Shown in pieces: positions 1-10,678 of a DNA stretch of 64,000 nucleotides. The notes beneath the pieces are model-generated. The model had not been told where the DNA came from, did not search any database, and saw nothing but the letters and a program-made list of their open reading frames with translations. The DNA lies in assembly GCA_963795855.1 (NCBI GenBank), contig CAWCIZ010000003.1:320001-384000 (forward strand). Reading direction: 5' to 3'. The position numbers and the translations under genes are program-made. Positions within the stretch are counted from its first letter, which is position 1, and the number at the start of each line of letters is the position of its first letter. Origin of the DNA: Vulcanimicrobiota bacterium (GTDB lineage: Bacteria; Vulcanimicrobiota; Vulcanimicrobiia; Vulcanimicrobiales; Vulcanimicrobiaceae).

Positions 1-1093
1 CGCGCGAGACGGACAAGCCGACGTCGACGGCCGGGCGAATGCCTTGGAAGAAGAGTGCCGGCGTCAGATAGATCTGACCATCCGTAATCGAGATCACGTT
101 CGTCGGAATGTACGCGGAAAAGTCTCCTGCCTGCGTTTCGATGATCGGTAACGCCGTCATCGACCCGCCGCCCAGATCGTCGGAAAGTTTCGCCGCGCGC
201 TCGAGCAGACGCGAGTGCAGAAAGAATACGTCGCCCGGATACGCCTCTCGGCCCGGCGGACGCCGCAGCAGCAGCGACATCTCGCGATACGACTGCGCGT
301 GTTTGGTGAGGTCGTCGTAGATGATGAGCACGTCTTTGCCCGAGTACATCAGCTCTTCGCCCATTGCGGCGCCGGCGAACGGCGCGATCCAACGCAATGC
401 GGCGGCATCTGACGGACCGCAGGTCACGATGGTCGTGTAGTCCATCGCGCCCTTTTGTTCGAGGATCTGCGCGAGCGCGGCAACCGTCGAGTTCTTCTGA
501 CCGATTGCGACGTAAATGCAGAAGACGTTCTTGCCCTTTTGATTGATGATCGTGTCGATCGCAATAGCGGTCTTGCCGGTGCTTCGATCGCCGATGATCA
601 GCTCGCGCTGCCCCTTACCGATGGGGATGAGCGCGTCGATGGCGCGGATACCGGTGAACAGCGGCTGCTTGACCGGCTGGCGCTGCACGACCGACGGCGC
701 AACGTTTTCGATGGTGCGGTATTTTCGCGTTTCCACGGCGCCCTTGCCGTCGACCGGCGTACCGAGCGGATCCACGACGCGGCCGAGCAGCGCTTCGCCG
801 ACGGGTACTGAGGCAATGCGTCCGGTGCGGCGCACTTTGTCGCCTTCCTTGATCTGCGAGTCGTCGCCCATGATGACGACGCCGACGTTGTCCTCTTCCA
901 GGTTGAGCGCGACGCCCTGCAACCCGTTCGGAAACTCGACGAGTTCCGACGCGCGCACGCTTTGCATACCGTACACGCGAGCCAGGTTCGCGCCGACCTC
1001 GATGACCGTGCCGACTTGGTCCTCTTGGATTTCGGCTTTGAAGTTCGCTATTTGCTGCTTGAGAATTCCGGCGATTTCGTCTGCGTTAATCAC
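1..1093 (-). CDS. atpA: F1 ATP synthase subunit alpha (5' part; runs off the window start)
   Basis: GTG start reads [34 protein letters not shown]; contains Walker A GDRSTGKT and PGREAYPGD; follows atpH. Confidence 0.97.
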   Translation of the reverse strand, partial: MINADEIAGILKQQIANFKAEIQEDQVGTVIEVGANLARVYGMQSVRASELVEFPNGLQGVALNLEEDNVGVVIMGDDSQIKEGDKVRRTGRIASVPVGEALLGRVVDPLGTPVDGKGAVETRKYRTIENVAPSVVQRQPVKQPLFTGIRAIDALIPIGKGQRELIIGDRSTGKTAIAIDTIINQKGKNVFCIYVAIGQKNSTVAALAQILEQKGAMDYTTIVTCGPSDAAALRWIAPFAGAAMGEELMYSGKDVLIIYDDLTKHAQSYREMSLLLRRPPGREAYPGDVFFLHSRLLERAAKLSDDLGGGSMTALPIIETQAGDFSAYIPTNVISITDGQIYLTPALFFQGIRPAVDVGLSVSR

Positions 1094-1096
1094 TTG

Positions 1097-1415
1097 AAAA
1101 GGCGCTCCGTCCTAGACTCCGCGCCCCCCGTAAACGGGGCCCCCGATCCGCAGGGCGCATACACATAGTTTTCAGTTTGCACCCTCCCCGAGGGCGCCCA
1201 TTTAAACCTAAAACGTTTTAGACTCCGCGCCCCCCGTAAACGGGGCCCCCATCCGCAGGGCGCATACACATATTTTCAGTTTGCACCCTCCCCGAGGGCG
1301 CCCATTTTTACCTAAAACGTTTTAGACTCCGCGCCCCCCGTAAACGGGGCCCCCGATCCGCAGGGCGCATACACATGGTTTTCAGTTTGCACCCTCCCTG
1401 AGGGCGCCCATTTAT
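1097..1415. repeat. Tandem array of three ~105 bp GC-rich units between atpH and atpA
   Basis: Units begin TAGACTCCGCGCCCCCCGTAAACGGGGCCCCC at 1113, 1219 and 1323 and are near-identical. Confidence 0.97.
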
Positions 1416-1418
1416 ACG

Positions 1419-1961
1419 TTACGTTTTTGCGAACAGCGTTCGCGTTAATTCCTCGAGACGTCCCTCGACCGAACCGTCGATTCGGCGGTCGCCCATCATG
1501 ATGCGTACGCCGCCGATGAGGTTCGGCTGCACGCTCTGCGTGACGCTGAACTTGCGTCCGTACAGCTTTTCGAGCCGCTCCACCAGCGAACGCAGTTCCG
1601 CGGTAGACAGGTCCTTGGCGGAGGCTACCGTCAGCGGTTCCTCGCCGCGCGCCTGCACCTCCAGCGCGTCGTACTGCCGGACGATTTCGCGCAGCAACGT
1701 CTCGCGGCGTTTTCGAACGAGTAGCAGCAGCGTGTGGAGCGCAACGTCGTTCGCTTTGCCTTCGAACGCAGTGGAAAGGACGCGCTCTTTTTCTTTGCGG
1801 TCGATGACCGGCGAAAGAAAAAATCCCTTGGTCGTTTCATCCTCGTATACGGCGTTGCTCAGCGCGTGCAGATCCCGGCCGACCCTTTCGATTTCGTGCC
1901 GCTCTTGCGCGAGTTGGAAGACGGCGACCGCATAACGCCGCGCGACGGTTTCGTTTGCCAT
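1419..1961 (-). CDS. atpH: ATP synthase subunit delta
   Basis: MANETVARRYAVAVF...LIGGVRIMMGDRRIDGSV, OSCP/delta family. Confidence 0.95.
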   Translation of the reverse strand: MANETVARRYAVAVFQLAQERHEIERVGRDLHALSNAVYEDETTKGFFLSPVIDRKEKERVLSTAFEGKANDVALHTLLLLVRKRRETLLREIVRQYDALEVQARGEEPLTVASAKDLSTAELRSLVERLEKLYGRKFSVTQSVQPNLIGGVRIMMGDRRIDGSVEGRLEELTRTLFAKT

Positions 1962-2455
1962 TAGTTTCGGCCGCCGCCCCGTTCGAGATTGGAGAGAAAC
2001 GAACCGACGAGTTGGGCGTTCAGCCCCGTGTCGACGCGTTGCCGCGCTTGAGCGCGCGCCAGCGTCAGGGCTTGATCGAGCAGTTCTTCGCGCAGCCGCT
2101 CCCGCGCTGCGGCCCGGCTCCGGTCGAGCTCGCCTTCGGCGTTGGCGATGCTGCGCTCGCCGGCGCGGCGCGCCTCCGCCAGAATCGCTTCGCACTCGGT
2201 TTTTGCCTGCGCTTCGACGCGCTGTTTGATCGCGACCGCGTCACGCTGAGCGCGATCGATTTCGCCGCGCAGCGATTCGAGCTGCGCCTTGGCCTGGTCG
2301 CGATGGCGTTCGGCTTCCGCAATCTGCGCGTTCGCGTTTTCCTGCGCTTGCAGTACCATCGGCTGAATGAATTTGAACCACATCCACACCAGCACCAGGA
2401 TGAACAAGACCGCCGAAAGGACTTGGCTCCATAGCGCGACGGCTTCGTAATTCAT
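1961..2455 (-). CDS. atpF: ATP synthase F0 subunit b
   Basis: N-terminal TM helix plus Ala/Glu/Arg-rich coiled coil; position in operon. Confidence 0.85.
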   Translation of the reverse strand: MNYEAVALWSQVLSAVLFILVLVWMWFKFIQPMVLQAQENANAQIAEAERHRDQAKAQLESLRGEIDRAQRDAVAIKQRVEAQAKTECEAILAEARRAGERSIANAEGELDRSRAAARERLREELLDQALTLARAQARQRVDTGLNAQLVGSFLSNLERGGGRN

Positions 2456-2886
2456 CGCGCACCTTCCGCGAGCGCGCGTTCGACCATGAGGCTTGCGAGG
2501 TCGCGCACGGTTTGCGGCTCGTTGGCGCGCGCGGCTTGCAGTTCGGAACTCACCGTGCGCTCCGCTTGCGCGGCGATCGCTGCTGCTTTAGCGTTGCTTT
2601 CCGCAGCAATCGAGCCCGCTTCGTTCGAAGCGTTGGCCCGTTGTTGCGCGAGCAACTGCTCGGCTTCCCGGCGCGCCGTCGCGCGAATGCTCTCCGCCTG
2701 CGTGCGCAATTCGTGCGCCTCCGCTTGATACCGATCGTAGTCGTTGGTCACGCCGTTGATGTATTCGCGGCGCTTGACGATCGCTTTGGAAACCGGACGA
2801 ATGAAGACCACGTTCAAAATCGCGAAAAAGATCACGAAGTTGATCAGCTGGACTATCAGCGTTCCGCCCGATGGTTGGAGAAACAT
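2452..2886 (-). CDS. ATP synthase F0 subunit b/b' (second copy)
   Basis: GTLIVQLINFVIFFAILNVVFIRPV...KRREYI is a typical b-subunit N-terminus. Confidence 0.88.
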   Translation of the reverse strand: MFLQPSGGTLIVQLINFVIFFAILNVVFIRPVSKAIVKRREYINGVTNDYDRYQAEAHELRTQAESIRATARREAEQLLAQQRANASNEAGSIAAESNAKAAAIAAQAERTVSSELQAARANEPQTVRDLASLMVERALAEGAR

Positions 2887-2906
2887 GCGCGATCGTGGCT
2901 CCGCTC

Positions 2907-3185
2907 TTACTTCGCGAACGCGGCCATCAGCGAAGGCACCTTCGCCAAAACGATGAGGATGTAGAATGCGAGCGCGATGGCGATGAACGGAACGGCTTCC
3001 AACACGCCGACGCCAAGGAACATGAACGTGAAGATGTTCGAGCGCGCTTCCGGCTGACGCGCGATCGCTTCGACGGCTTTCGACGCGACGTTGCCGTCGC
3101 CGACGGCTGAACCGAACGCGACGCCTGCGATGATGAGGCCGAACGCGAGGAACGCCATGCCGATGATAAACGCTTGCGGATTCAA
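2907..3185 (-). CDS. atpE: ATP synthase F0 subunit c
   Basis: AIARQPEA loop and conserved Glu in VLEAVPFI; TTG start. Confidence 0.95.
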   Translation of the reverse strand: MNPQAFIIGMAFLAFGLIIAGVAFGSAVGDGNVASKAVEAIARQPEARSNIFTFMFLGVGVLEAVPFIAIALAFYILIVLAKVPSLMAAFAK

Positions 3186-3198
3186 GGACTTTCCTTTC

Positions 3199-3930
3199 TC
3201 AGTGGTCCTCCGCAATCGCCAGCGACAGATAGACGATTGCGAGAAGAGTGAAGACGAACGCTTGAATGGTGCCGACGAAGAAATTGAAAAACTGAATGAA
3301 GAAGGGCACGACGGTGACGGCGAGCGAGAGATTCACCGGGCCGAGCATAACTTTCGCGGTGATGATCGAAGCGATGATGATGAACAGCAGTTCGCCGACG
3401 AAAATATTGAAGAACAGCCGCGCCGCGAGGGTCGTGGGACGCAAGATCTCGTCGACGACGTTCAGTGGAAACAGAATCGGAAAAGGCCGGAAGAGATGCT
3501 TGAGATAGCCCGGTCCTTTTTTGCGGAACGCGACGAACTGAATCAAAAAGAACACCGTCAACGCGTATGGGACGACGGTGTTGAGATCGGCGGTCGGCGA
3601 GCCGCCGAACGGCAAGCCTACGACCTTGAAGGGAAGCATGCCGAACTGATTTAGGAGAAAAATGAAGATGAACAGCGCCACGAAGAAGGGCACGAACGGC
3701 TCGCCCGGCGGGCCGAGCACGCCGTATGCCAAGTCGGCGATATAATTCATCACGCCTTCGACGATCGCTTGTCGCTTCGTGACGCGCGCGCTGCGGTAGC
3801 TGCCGCCGATGAACGCGAACAAAATGAGCGAAACCGCCATGACGAGCCACGTCGTCATAACGGTATCGGCGTGCACCTGACCGATGACGGGCCAGTTCCA
3901 CGTTATATGCTCGCCTATTTGCTCGTGCAC
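3199..3930 (-). CDS. atpB: ATP synthase F0 subunit a
   Basis: SPTADLN, LAARLFFNIFVGE and IQAFVFTLL motifs. Confidence 0.96.
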   Translation of the reverse strand: MHEQIGEHITWNWPVIGQVHADTVMTTWLVMAVSLILFAFIGGSYRSARVTKRQAIVEGVMNYIADLAYGVLGPPGEPFVPFFVALFIFIFLLNQFGMLPFKVVGLPFGGSPTADLNTVVPYALTVFFLIQFVAFRKKGPGYLKHLFRPFPILFPLNVVDEILRPTTLAARLFFNIFVGELLFIIIASIITAKVMLGPVNLSLAVTVVPFFIQFFNFFVGTIQAFVFTLLAIVYLSLAIAEDH

Positions 3931-4373
3931 GAACTACGCTTCCGTCGATGTGCGCTCTGCAGGCCGAGCCCGAAAAGCGCGAGCGGCGTAAAGAACCCGA
4001 TGAAATAGCACCCAAGCGTCCATAAAGAAGAAACCCGGAGCGCCAGCACCACGGGCACTATACCGAAGAGGCCTAGGCGGAGAAAACTACTTATGACGAA
4101 CACCGGTATGCTCCGGCGCTCGAGAAGTCGTTCGTTTCCGGCCATCGACAGCAGCGCATTTCCCACTCCGGCAACTCCACCCACTGCGAGCGCAACGGCG
4201 AACCATTGGTACCACAGTGCGAGGGGGAGAGCAGAGATGGCGACGAGGATCAGCGTGCCGATCGACGCGCTCCACTTGAGCCTTTTATAGAGAGCGTCGT
4301 CTGCCGCCGCTTCGGCGGGGGTGTAAGTACGGCGGGCCGGGGCGCTCTCCTCCCACTCGTCGTCCCAACTCAT
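3915..4373 (-). CDS. atpI: ATP synthase protein I-like membrane protein
   Basis: Small four-TM protein directly upstream of atpB. Confidence 0.7.
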   Translation of the reverse strand: MSWDDEWEESAPARRTYTPAEAAADDALYKRLKWSASIGTLILVAISALPLALWYQWFAVALAVGGVAGVGNALLSMAGNERLLERRSIPVFVISSFLRLGLFGIVPVVLALRVSSLWTLGCYFIGFFTPLALFGLGLQSAHRRKRSSCTSK

Positions 4374-4563
4374 GCGGAGCGGATTGCATCGGCGACCAGG
4401 CGGAAGGCCGCATATCCGCCGAGCACCACGCCTGCGAAAAACGCATAGATCACAATGTCGGCGCGACCGAACCGATGGTCGAGCAGGATTCCGACGAGAA
4501 TAGCGACCACGACCGTGCCGGCGAACGTTCCGCCCGCCGCCACGATCGCCAAACTCCCTTCAT
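4370..4563 (-). CDS. AtpZ/AtpI-family small membrane protein (one frameshift near the start)
   Basis: GTVVVAILVGILLDHRFG...AGVVLGGYAAFRLV; ATG overlaps the wecB stop (ATGA). Confidence 0.7.
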
Positions 4564-5711
4564 GCCGAGGCTTGAAACGGTTGCGGGTAGGCAGCGTCGC
4601 GCAGGCGCGCGAGCAGCCAGTCGACGATGCGTTCCGCCGCACGTCCGTCGCCGTACGGATTCACCGCCCGGGCCATGCGATCGTAGTGAGCGCGATCGGT
4701 CAGCAGCCGCGTCGCGGCGTGCACGATGCGCTCTCTGCCGTTGCCGGTGAGCTCGAGCGTCCCCGCCTGTACGCCCTCGGGACGTTCCGTTTCTTCGCGC
4801 ATGACGAGCACCGGCTTTCCCAGACACGGCGCTTCTTCTTGAATGCCGCCCGAGTCCGTCAAGACGAACGTGCAGTCGCGCACCGCGCTGACCATCTCCC
4901 CGTAGTCGAGCGGATCGTCGAGAATGACGCCGTTTTGCGTGCCCAGCACGGCATACGCGACCGGCCGCACGCGCGGCGAAGGATGCACCGGCCAAATGAT
5001 CTGCGGGCGCATCGGCAACTGCACGATCTCGCGCATCGCTTCGCACATTTCACGCATATGCACGTGATTTTCGCGCCGGTGCGCGGTCACCACGATAACC
5101 GGCCGGGACGGATCGATCTTCTCCCAGCCCGGCGGTTTAGAGAGATCGGTTCGATCCGCGGTCTGTAAGAACGCGTCGATGACCGTGTTGCCGGTAACGA
5201 TGATATTCTCTTGCGGAACGTGCTCTTGCAGCAGATGCTCGCGCGCGAGCTGCGTCGGCGCGAAATGATACGACGCGATCGTTCCCGTCAGGCGCCGGTT
5301 CATCTCTTCGGGAAACGGCATCCACGGATCGCTCGTTCGTAAGCCCGCTTCCACGTGGCCCGTTGGAATTTGCTGGTAGAATGCGGCGAGCGCGGCGGCA
5401 GTGCTCGTCGCCGTGTCGCCGTGCACCAGCACGACGTCGGGTCGCGCAATTTTCAACACGCCTTCCATGCCGATAAGCACGCGCGTCGTGATATCCGTCA
5501 GCGTTTGATCCGCCGTCATGATGTCCAGATCGTAGTGCGGACGGATCTCGAACAGTTCGAGCAGATCGTCGAGCATCTGCCGATGCTGCGCGGTGACGCA
5601 AACGATACCCTCGATTTGCGGATGCGACGCGAGCGCGTGCACGACGGGCGCCATTTTGATGGTGTCCGGACGCGTTCCGAAGACGGACATGACGCGCAGC
5701 GTTTGGCTCAT
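4560..5711 (-). CDS. wecB: UDP-N-acetylglucosamine 2-epimerase (non-hydrolysing)
   Basis: VFGTRPDTIKM, HVEAGLR, FPEEMNR, TDSGGIQEEAP, NPYGDG. Confidence 0.95.
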   Translation of the reverse strand: MSQTLRVMSVFGTRPDTIKMAPVVHALASHPQIEGIVCVTAQHRQMLDDLLELFEIRPHYDLDIMTADQTLTDITTRVLIGMEGVLKIARPDVVLVHGDTATSTAAALAAFYQQIPTGHVEAGLRTSDPWMPFPEEMNRRLTGTIASYHFAPTQLAREHLLQEHVPQENIIVTGNTVIDAFLQTADRTDLSKPPGWEKIDPSRPVIVVTAHRRENHVHMREMCEAMREIVQLPMRPQIIWPVHPSPRVRPVAYAVLGTQNGVILDDPLDYGEMVSAVRDCTFVLTDSGGIQEEAPCLGKPVLVMREETERPEGVQAGTLELTGNGRERIVHAATRLLTDRAHYDRMARAVNPYGDGRAAERIVDWLLARLRDAAYPQPFQASA

Positions 5712-6803
5712 TTTAAATGGCGCATGAAGACCGCGCCGACGTAAACGTCCCCCGAGGGCGCCGCAGAAATCCGAGCAAAGCCGCCCGCGAGAAACAGCGC
5801 GACGGCGCCGAGCACGATGCAGATCGCGTAGATCAACAGCACGGCTTGGCGCACGTTCAAACCGTAGCGGAAAATAAGTCTGATGATGAAAATGGCCGCG
5901 GTCCGCCTCCGTGATTTTCTTTCCGGAACGCGCGCGCCGGTAGATCGCTGCGGCCGTATCGAGAATCGGGAGCGCAAGCACGACCAGCGGCGCGATCAAC
6001 CCGACGGCGATCGCCGTTTTGCTGGTTCCCATAATCGAAACGGTCGCGAATACGTAGCCGATGAAAAGCGAACCCGTATCGCCAAGAATGATGCGCGCGG
6101 GATTGAAATTGAACGGCAGAAATCCAAGCGCGGCGCCGGCAAGCGTCACGACGACCAGTGCCACCACCGGGTTCCCTTTCGTGAGCGCGATTGCGAAAAG
6201 AAAGATGCACGAGATTGCGGTGAAGCCGGTGAGCAGACCGTCCAGCCCGTCGATGAAATTGATGGCGTTCATCATTCCCAAGTACCACAGCAGCGTGATG
6301 GGAAGGCTGAACCAAAGCGGAAAGTCGACGTACTGATGCGTGATCGGATTCTGCACGTCCGATATCGTGAAGCCGTACACCATGGAGATGCCGGCGACGA
6401 CGATTTGCGCGATGAACTTGTAGCGCGGGCGCATGGTCATCAGGTCGTCCCACAGACCGACGCCCAGAATCAGCATGCTTCCGAAGAGCAGTCCGATGAG
6501 ATTGTGCACGCTCGCGAGCTGGTCGCGCAACTGGTCTTGGAGCGTGTCGTGCGGATCGACGGGGAAGAATCCGTGGACGTGTGAGAGCGCTATGCCGAGC
6601 ACCGCGAACAGGGCGAACGCGAAGCCGAAAAACACCGCAACACCGCCGATACGCGGTTTCGGCACGTCGTGCATCCGCCGGTCGCCGACCTCGTCCATCA
6701 TGCCGACGTGGTGCGCCAGTCGAATGATGAACGGCGTGAGCAGCGTGGAAACCACGCCCGCAAGCACCAGCGCCGCTATGTAAATGTAGACGGGCGCCTT
6801 CAC
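5708..6803 (-). CDS. MraY/WecA/TagO-family polyprenyl-phosphate GlcNAc-1-P transferase (frameshift ~5880)
   Basis: PRIGG, GLWDD, NAINFIDGLDGL, LGDTGS, DRGHFHH; C-terminus continues in the 5708..5977 frame. Confidence 0.92.
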
Positions 6804-7240
6804 GTGTGCATCCCCTCAAGCGCGGCGAACGGCATGAGCGCGACGCCGGCCTCGGAAAGGAGCTCTTGCGCGATAGCATCGGGATAGGCGACGTCGTAGA
6901 CGATTTTGCGCACGCCCGCGCTAATCAGCAACTTCGAGCAGTTCACGCACGGCTGATGGGTGCAGTAGGCGATGGAGTCCGCGAGATTGACGCCGTGCAG
7001 CGCGGCCTGCACGACCGCGTTGGCTTCCGCGTGCGTCGCGCGCATGCAGTGATCGTTCACCAGCATGCAGCCGACTTCCGTGCAATGCGGTACGCCGCGC
7101 GGCGACCCATTGTAACCCGTCGTGAGGATCCGGTGTTCGCGAACGAGCACGCACCCGACCGACGCGCGTGGACACGTTGCACGGGTTCCCACGGTGCGTG
7201 CAATCTGCATGAAATATTCATCCCAGCCCGGGCGCGTCAT
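6800..7240 (-). CDS. dCMP deaminase / ComEB-family zinc deaminase
   Basis: RPGWDEYFM, TGYNG, HAEANA, PCVNC. Confidence 0.92.
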   Translation of the reverse strand: MTRPGWDEYFMQIARTVGTRATCPRASVGCVLVREHRILTTGYNGSPRGVPHCTEVGCMLVNDHCMRATHAEANAVVQAALHGVNLADSIAYCTHQPCVNCSKLLISAGVRKIVYDVAYPDAIAQELLSEAGVALMPFAALEGMHT

Positions 7241-7912
7241 GCATTCTCTCTCGGACGTACCGCAACCGGCACCGAGCTCGGTGCTTCCGAACATGCGATC
7301 TCCGGCATCGCCGAGGCCGGGAACGATGTACCCGTGATCGTTCAGCCGTTCGTCGAGCGAACCGGTCACGATGCGGACTCCCGGATGCGCCGCGTGAACG
7401 GTGCGAACGCCCTCGGGAGCGGCGATCAAACTGATGAACGTCACGTCGCTCGCACCGCGCGAAACGAGCGCGTCGATCGCTGCCGCCCCGGAATTTCCGG
7501 TTGCAAGCATGGGATCGAGCACGAACACCTGGCGCTGCGACAAGTCGTCGGGAACGTTTGCGTAATACGGCACCGGCTGCAGCGTTTGCGGATCCCGATA
7601 GAAACCCAAATGCGCGACGACGGCATCGTCGATCACCGCCAGAAATCCGGGGAGCAGACCGAGGCCGGCGCGCAGGATCGGCGCGACGACGGGCCGTGCG
7701 GCGATGCGCATCGCGCGCATGGGCGTGATCGGCGTGATGACGTGTTCTTCGCGCAGCGGCAGGCCGCGCGTCGCTTCGTATGCGAGAAACGCGCCGAGTT
7801 CTTCCAGCAGCTTCCTGAATACCGGCGTCGGGGTGTCGCGATCGCGCAGGCGCGCAAGCCGATCCGCAACGGCCGGATGCGCGACGACGTGCAAACGCTC
7901 AGTGTGGGCCAT
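7237..7912 (-). CDS. upp: Uracil phosphoribosyltransferase (probable frameshift near the 3' end)
   Basis: PILRAG, LDPMLATG, GYIVPGLGDAGDR. Confidence 0.95.
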
Positions 7913-7971
7913 AACTGCGGTTAAGAGAATTAGGCCCGCCCGGCGTTTGGCCTCTTTAGAATACGGCGGTT

Positions 7972-9270
7972 TTACGCTTGCCGAACTTGAAAACGGGCCC
8001 GCAGGCCATACAGAAGGGCGAAATACGGGCGGACGTCGTCGCGGCTCAGCAGGAACAAGCGCTTCGGCGAGATCTTCGTGTGACGGCAGAAATGCACCAC
8101 CGCGGCCGCAAACGTCACCAAATACGACACCGTCGTCGCAATGGCGCCGCCCGCGATCCCGATGTGTGGAATCGTGAGCACCGTGACGACGCCGCAGATG
8201 ATCGCCGACGCCAAACGGAAATAAAGCGGCAGCCGCGGTTCGCCGAGCTGCTGCGAGAAGAACGTCGTCAGCGCGCCCATCATGCTGTACGCAACCATTC
8301 CCGGCAGCAGCAATTCGGTGACGATCACCGCGCCGCTGAACGCTCTTCCGTACACGAGCGGTATCACGAGCGGCACGAGTGCCGCGACCGGAATCGACGT
8401 CACGAGCACGAGCGCGAAGGAGTGACGCATGCATGCCGCGGTCGCCTGCGCCGATTCCGCTTCCGTCCCGCGCGCGATGCGGCCGAACATTGCGGTGGCG
8501 ATGGGCCGGCTGAGCTGCCACAACATTTCACCGATGCCGATGCCGATGGAATAGACGCCGAGCGCGCTGCGTCCGAGCAGAAACATGATGATGAACACGT
8601 CGATGCGCGAGTTCAGGAACATAACGGCGTTGCCCAAGCCCATTTGCGCGGCGTATTTCAGCTGCTCGGGGATCAGCGGTCCGCTATCGTCCCCGTCGCG
8701 CTGCCCCGCATACGGCCGCAGCCGCAGAATCGTGTACGCGGCACTCCAAACGTAACCCGCAGCCCACGCGATCAGCAGCCCCGTAAGGCCGACGTGGAAG
8801 AACAGCAGCAGCGCCGTGTAGCACAGGATCGGGATGATTCCCGAGACGACCGTCTGCACGTTGATGCTGCGGACGTCGGAATCGGCGAGGAAAAACCCGG
8901 TTGCGGATTGCGCGAACATGGCGAACGGCAATGCCGCCGCTACGGCGATGAGCGCGCGCTGGTCGGGAAGCACGAGGCCGACGGCAGCGAGCGCCAAAGC
9001 CGCGGGAAGCGCGACGCAGGCAAGCACCTTGCCCATCGAGTGCAGCAGCGCCGCCGGCGATCGAGAACGCTTGGTGAACTGCCATGCTATTGCGTAGGGC
9101 TGGCCGTTGAGCATCAGCAGTAACGCGAGCGTCATATAGGCGTACGTGAAGACGCCTTTTCCGGACGCTCCCAACATGCGGGCCACGACGATCGATCCGC
9201 CGATCGAGACCGCTTGCAGGGCGACGCGGGTGAGGAACGTCTGAACGCTTTTCTTTGCTATTTCGCCCAT
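7972..9270 (-). CDS. Wzx-like polysaccharide flippase (MOP superfamily)
   Basis: Multi-TM protein with ARMLGASGKG and SRIDVFIIMFLLG..ALGVYS. Confidence 0.82.
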   Translation of the reverse strand: MGEIAKKSVQTFLTRVALQAVSIGGSIVVARMLGASGKGVFTYAYMTLALLLMLNGQPYAIAWQFTKRSRSPAALLHSMGKVLACVALPAALALAAVGLVLPDQRALIAVAAALPFAMFAQSATGFFLADSDVRSINVQTVVSGIIPILCYTALLLFFHVGLTGLLIAWAAGYVWSAAYTILRLRPYAGQRDGDDSGPLIPEQLKYAAQMGLGNAVMFLNSRIDVFIIMFLLGRSALGVYSIGIGIGEMLWQLSRPIATAMFGRIARGTEAESAQATAACMRHSFALVLVTSIPVAALVPLVIPLVYGRAFSGAVIVTELLLPGMVAYSMMGALTTFFSQQLGEPRLPLYFRLASAIICGVVTVLTIPHIGIAGGAIATTVSYLVTFAAAVVHFCRHTKISPKRLFLLSRDDVRPYFALLYGLRARFQVRQA

Positions 9271-9418
9271 GTGAAAGCAGGCGCGGGCTGCCGAACTCGC
9301 ATGGACGGATCGTAACAGGTCGCACCGGGGCCGGACGTGGGCTGTTCAAACCCGGCGCTGGGGCCATGCGGCCCGCGAAAAGACGTTCGGGCGGGACGCC
9401 TGCGGTCTGCCTGCCTGC

Positions 9419-10666
9419 CTACGGCACGTCAAAGCGAGCAGTCAGCTCGCGCACGCGATCCCGTAGCCGCTCGATCTTCGCGCGCGTCGCGATGTCGTCC
9501 AATCCTTCGCAAATGATGCGCGCCACTTCGCGGCAGTCGTCCTCGCCGAATCCGCGCGAGGTGATGGCCGGGGTGCCGACGCGAATGCCGCTCGCCACGA
9601 ACGGCTTTTGCTTATCGTACGGAATCGCGTTTTTGTTCACGGTGATCCCAATCGCGTCCAAGTACTCCTCGGTCGCCTTGCCGGTCAAACCTTTGACGGA
9701 AACGTCCACCAACATCAAGTGGGTGTCGGTTCCTCCGCCGACCAGGCGCAGGCCGTTGCGCAAAAACTCGTCGGCCATCATCTTCGCGTTGCGTACGACC
9801 TGCTGCTGATACGTCGCGAACTGCGGCTGCAGCGCTTCGCCGAACGCTACCGCCTTCGCTGCAATCAGATGCATGAACGGTCCGCCTTGAATTCCCGGAA
9901 ACACCGACTTGTCGAGCGGCTGCGCCCATTGTTCGGTGCACAGGACCAGTCCGCCGCGCGGACCGCGCAGCGTCTTGTGCGTCGTCGAGGTCACGAAATC
10001 GGCGAACGGAACCGGCGAAGGATGAAGCCCGGTCGCAACGAGACCGGCGATGTGCGCCATGTCGACCATGAAGACGGCCCCGATCTCGTCCGCGATCTCG
10101 CGGAACGGCGCATACTCCATCGTACGCGGATATGCGCTCGCTCCGGCGATGATCATCTTGGGCTTGTGTTCGCGAGCCAACTTTTGCACTTCGTCGAAGT
10201 CGATGAGTTCCGTATCCGAACGCACGCCGTACGCAAGGGCGTCGTACAATTTTCCGCTGAAACTGACTTTCGTTCCGTGCGTGAGATGGCCGCCGTGCGC
10301 CAGCGACATGCCGAGCACCGTGTCGCCCGGCTTGAGCACCGCCATGAATACCGCCATGTTCGCTTGCGCGCCCGCGTGCACTTGAACGTTCGCGTGGTCC
10401 GCGCCGAACAAGCGTTTGAGACGCTCGATCGCCAGCGTCTCGACGACGTCGACGTATTCGCATCCGCCGTAGTAGCGCTTCCCGGGGTATCCCTCCGCGT
10501 ACTTGTTCGTCATGACGCTGCCCATCGCTTCGCGCACCGCTTTGCTCGCGTAATTCTCCGACGCGATCAGTTCGAGGTTTTCGCGCTGACGGCGATCCTC
10601 GTCTTGAATTGCCGCAAAGACTTGCGGATCTTGCGCTTCGACGTGGCTAAGGGAGAGTATGGCCAT
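9419..10666 (-). CDS. glyA: Serine hydroxymethyltransferase
   Basis: [35 protein letters not shown]. Confidence 0.98.
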   Translation of the reverse strand: MAILSLSHVEAQDPQVFAAIQDEDRRQRENLELIASENYASKAVREAMGSVMTNKYAEGYPGKRYYGGCEYVDVVETLAIERLKRLFGADHANVQVHAGAQANMAVFMAVLKPGDTVLGMSLAHGGHLTHGTKVSFSGKLYDALAYGVRSDTELIDFDEVQKLAREHKPKMIIAGASAYPRTMEYAPFREIADEIGAVFMVDMAHIAGLVATGLHPSPVPFADFVTSTTHKTLRGPRGGLVLCTEQWAQPLDKSVFPGIQGGPFMHLIAAKAVAFGEALQPQFATYQQQVVRNAKMMADEFLRNGLRLVGGGTDTHLMLVDVSVKGLTGKATEEYLDAIGITVNKNAIPYDKQKPFVASGIRVGTPAITSRGFGEDDCREVARIICEGLDDIATRAKIERLRDRVRELTARFDVP

Positions 10667-10678
10667 GTGCGTGCTTTC

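Noticed and set aside
4560..6803. Apparent WecA-WecB fusion ORF (747 aa)
   Set aside because: One extra base near 5880 explains it; the true WecA C-terminus lies in another frame and ends overlapping the wecB ATG
6800..7912. Apparent Upp-dCMP deaminase fusion
   Set aside because: Removing one G gives ELVPVAVRPRENA* with an ATGA overlap; likely an indel error
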